This document shows, one piece after another, positions 60,101 to 64,000 of a stretch of 64,000 nt of DNA. Where the stretch lies: the NCBI GenBank assembly GCA_033442325.1, contig JAWQFM010000010.1, forward strand, positions 1,843,638-1,907,637, in the 5' to 3' direction. This DNA is from Salpingoeca rosetta. Taxonomy: Eukaryota > Protista > Choanoflagellata. Position numbers and translations under genes: made by a program. Numbering within the stretch: position 1 is the first letter of the stretch; the number at the start of each line of letters is the position of its first letter. The notes under the pieces are model-generated. The model had not been told where the DNA came from and searched no databases. It saw only the letters and a program-made list of their open reading frames with translations.

Positions 60101-63100
60101 CGTCAAGCACGCCAGACATGCCGGTGCCAAGCACGGCCACAATCGACTCAGCGCTCACAGACACCACGCGCTCCACGGCAACGCCGCCAAACAGCAGCGA
60201 CGATACGCTGCTGCCGCCGCCCAACAGGTTGGTGCCGTTGATCGTCACCTGCGTGCCAGACACGCCAGAGTCGGGCGTCACCGCCGTCACCACGCCTTCA
60301 GCCAGGTACTCCCACGCAGCAGGCGCGCGCACCACGGCACCAGTGTCAATCTCAAGCACAACGTCCACTGCTCCGTTCGTCGCCGCCCCGCGCGCAGCAA
60401 CAGCCTCAATCAGCGTGTTGCTCTGCGTCTCGTTGATCGAGCTCACGGGCACGCCGCCCAGCAGCACACGCTCCACCGTGCTGCCCCCAGACAGCAGCCG
60501 CTCGCCTCGGATCTGCACCCGCGTTCCAACCTGGCCAGAGCTCGGCGACACAAGCGTCACGTTGCCCGGCTCCAGGTACTCAAACCCGTCAGCCAGCTGC
60601 ACAAACGCGTCGCTTGCCGCTGTCAGCACAACCGCGCCAACGCCTGCCGTGCCAGTCAAAGCAACAACCTCAACCTGCGTGTTGCTCGGCGTTCCCGTGA
60701 TGTTGGCGCTGACCCCGTTCAGTGTCACGCTTGCCAGCGACGTCGCGCCGCCAAGCAAACTCGTGCCCGTGATGGTCACGCGCGTGCCACTCACTCCGCG
60801 TGATGGCGACACGCCCGTCACCTGGCCCTCGGCAAGCTGCTCCCACAGCCCAACGCCGCGCACAATGGCCCCGCTCACAGACTCAATCTCAACGTCGCCC
60901 GTGCCAACCGTGCCGTTCGACGCCCGCACCACAACCATGGTCGAGTTGGCGCTCACAACGCTCATCACAGCGCGGCCGCCAAGCCGCACAACAGCCGGCG
61001 ACATCGCGCCGCCAAGCAGCCGCTCGCCAACAATCGTCACACGCGTCCCGCGCTGCCCGCTCGCTGGCATCAGCGTCGTCACAACGCCCGCGTCCGCATA
61101 CGTAAAGTCGCCCGTCGCAACAGCCCGCGCTCCAGTGTCGCTCTCAACCACAACACGGCCTGCGCCAGCAACGCTCGCTGCTGCACGCGCCACTACATAC
61201 GTGCTGTTGCCGCCAGCCTGCACCGCAGCATCCACGCCAGCAAGCGCAACGCGCGAAACCGTGCTGCCGCCGCCAAACAGCCGCTGCCCACGGATCGTCA
61301 CATACGTGCCCTCCTGGCCAGTCACAGGTGCAAAGCTGTCAATCGTGCTCGCCTCAACATACGTCCACACGCTGTCGCTGCTGTACGACGCACCCGTGTC
61401 CGCCGTCACCGTCACGCTGCCGTTCCCGGGACTGCCGCTCCCTGCAACTACAACGACGCTCGTGTCGTTGGCGCTCACAACGCTCTCCGCAGCTACCCCG
61501 GCCAGCGTCACGTTCGACACGCTGCTGCCGCCCGCAAGCAGACCGCTGCCAACAATCGTCACCCGCGTCCCAACCTGGCCGCTCGGCGGTGTGATGTCAG
61601 TCACGCTCGCCGCAGCCGTGTAACGGAACCCGCGGCGTCGCACAACGCTGCTGCCAGTGTTACTTTGCAGCATCACATCCACGACACCAGCGCTCGCAGC
61701 GCCAGCAACAGCCACAACTTGCGTGCTCGTTTGCACCTGCACGCTAGCAGCAGTGTTGCCAAACATCACAGTCACGCCAGTTCCGCCGCCAAGCAGGGAA
61801 ACACCACCAATGGTCACGCGCGTGCCGGCCTGGCCACTGCTCGGCTGCACACTGTAGATGGTGCTCGCCGCAACGTACGTGAAGGTGGAATCCGCAGTCA
61901 ACCGAGCACCGTTCTCGCTCACAAGCACAACAGAGCCAGAGAAGTTGGTGCTCACCTGCGGCGCGCTTGCACGCACCACAACCACAGTGTCGTTCTCAGA
62001 CACAATGGTCGCAGCAAGGCCAGCAAGCAGCACCTGCGCAACAGACTCCCCACCAGAGCGGAGCGAAGTGCCGCGCAGCGTCACCAACGTATCAGTCGTG
62101 CCCTGCACAGGCTCAACCAAAGTCACGTTGCCATCAGCCACATACTCCCACAGGTTGCCGCGGGTCACCAGCGCGCCCGTGTCAGCGGTCAGCTCAACGC
62201 CGCCAACACCAGCGACGCCGCCGCTCCCGGCCACAGCCCGCACAAAGAAGTTGGTCTGCTCCAGAATCTGCGCCTCAACGCCGCCAAGCATCACGCTCGC
62301 CACGCGCGACCCAGAGCCACGGAGGTTGTTGCCATAGATCAGCACTTCCGTGCCAGCAACACCACGCCCAGGATCAACACCCTCAACGTAACCAGGCGTG
62401 CCAAACGTCCACGCGTTGGTGCTGCTCACAATGATGCCCGTGTTGCCAACAACAACGACGTCGCCCGTCTTGGCCGTCGACGCATGCGCCGTCACGTTGA
62501 TCTGGCTCTGCGACGCGCCAGTCACCGTCGCCGCAACCCCAGCCAGCGTCACGCTCATCACATTGTCCCCGTCGCCAAGCAGCCGCTCGCCCTCAATCAC
62601 AACCCGCGTGCCGTCCTGGCCCACGCTCGGGCTCACGCTCGTGATGTTGCCAGGCTCCAGGTACGTAAACGCCCCGCTCGCAGTCACCGTCGCCCGCGTG
62701 TCAGACATCAGCACAACGTCCCCAGCGCCAGCCGTGCTCCGGCCGCCAGCAACAACAACGACAACCGTCGCGTTGGCGCTGTCAATCGACGTCACCTCAA
62801 CGCCGGCAAGCGTCACGCTCGACACGTCGCTGCCGCCGCCAAGCAGGTTCGTCCCGCGGATCACAACAACAGACCCACGCTGCCCAGTCGCAGGCTCAAC
62901 GCTGCTTACGCTGCCAGCCTCAATGTACGTCCAGCCATCAGCAAGCTCAACAAACGCCCCCGTGTCAGCCTCAATCCGCACACTGCCATTGCCAGCAGCA
63001 CCGGGCGCAGCGTCAACAACAACAGACGTGTCGCTCTCGCTCACAACCGTGCCAACAGCAACGCCCGCAAGCGTCACAGTGCGCACGCTCGACCCGCCGC

Positions 63101-64000
63101 ACAGCAGGTTCTGCCCGCTCAGCGTCACGCGCGTCCCTTCCTGCCCGCTCGCAGGCGACACAGTGTCGATGCTCGGGGGCGCAATGTACGTAAACGCCGT
63201 CCCACTCGACAGCACGCTCGTCGAGCCAGTGTCAGAGGTCGTCACAACCATCCCGCTCACCGCACTCGACTGCTGTCCTGCCTCAACAACAATCACCGTG
63301 TCGTTGCCGCTCACAACCTGTGCAGCTGCAACACCAGCGAGCGTCACGCCCTCAATGCTCGCGCCGCCGCTCAGCAGGTTGCTGCCGCTGATCGTCACAA
63401 GCGTCCCCGCAGAGCCCGTGCTCGGCTCCACGCTGCTGATGCTCCCGCGCGCAACATACTCAAACCCGAGCGAAAGAGACACCTCGGCGCCAGTGTCAGC
63501 AACAAGCAGCACGCTGCCGTTCGCACCAGCCGTGCCAAGCGCAGCCACAACAACTACCTCCGTGTCGCTGCCGCTCCCGCTCTCGTACGTCGCATCAACG
63601 CCAGCAAGCACAGCCCGCGCAATGTCCTGGCCGCCGCCCAGCAGCCGCGCACCTTGGATCGTCACGCGCGCATCCTTCTGCGCCTGCGCCGGAACAACGC
63701 TCGTAATCACGCCATCCTCAAGCTGCTCCCACGCGTTGCTCTTGCTCACAACAGCCCCCGTGTCAGCCACAATCTCAACGTCGCCAACACCGGCGCTCCC
63801 GCTCCGAGCAACAACAACCACCTCCGTCGACGTCCCAGACACAACCATCGCCGCAACGCCGCCAAGCCGCACAGTCGCAGCAGACGACCCGCCTCCAAGC
63901 AGGTTCGTCCCGTTGATCGTCACGCGCGTCCCAAACTGGCCAGACGCAGGCTGCACCTGGTCAATCGCGCCCGCGGCCACATACGTGAACCCGCCAGTCG
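56922..64000 (-). CDS. Giant intron-less tandem IPT/TIG-domain protein (partial; at least 26 complete ~88-aa domains)
   Basis: More than 7 kb open frame with repeated consensus I.SVSPSSGQ.GTRVTI.G..LLGGGSS...V.LAGV.A..VVS.NDT.VVV.A......GDVV...DTGA......F.Y, typical of IPT/TIG; many NxS/T sequons; open at both ends. Confidence 0.92.
63780..64000. repeat. 221-bp exact direct repeat, copy 2 (identical to 56922-57142)
   Basis: Same as above; the match runs to the window end on one side and to the gap on the other. Confidence 0.95.

Noticed and set aside
57388-62434. Long plus-strand ORFs (up to 793 aa) opposite the IPT gene
   Set aside because: Antisense shadows of a GC-rich, codon-biased repetitive coding strand; no independent domain signal.

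Overview
Eukaryotic, intron-rich, gene-dense genomic DNA. Almost every intron carries a (GT)n or (CA)n microsatellite. The gene content (TM-SH2 adaptor, ADAM10-type protease, LRR-FN3 receptor, DZIP1) and the repeat style suggest a unicellular holozoan, most likely a choanoflagellate such as Salpingoeca; this is inference, not a database match. Most ORF-track entries (CVCV/HTHT) are microsatellite artefacts, so I assembled genes by hand from GT-AG junctions; internal exon coordinates are approximate. Left to right: 3' end of an unknown gene, fatty-acid elongase (-), small coiled-coil gene (+), DZIP1/Iguana-like (-), CCDC12/Cwf18 (-), RSL1D1 (+), eIF3i (+), NSA2 (-, with a gap and two lesions), unknown polyQ gene (+), LRR/FN3/TM receptor (-), SCCPDH (-), ADAM10-like protease with a TSP1-type module (+), FAHD2 (+), PRCC (-), transmembrane tyrosine-motif/SH2 protein (-), multi-zinc-finger protein (-), and a giant intron-less IPT/TIG-repeat gene (-). 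The standout is the last: 26 diverged IPT domains, after which the sequence restarts nucleotide-identically at a period of 6,858 bp (2,286 aa), suggesting a titin-like super-repeat surface protein. There are two assembly gaps (17991-18738, 56822-56921). No RNA genes, CRISPR arrays or recognisable transposases were seen.
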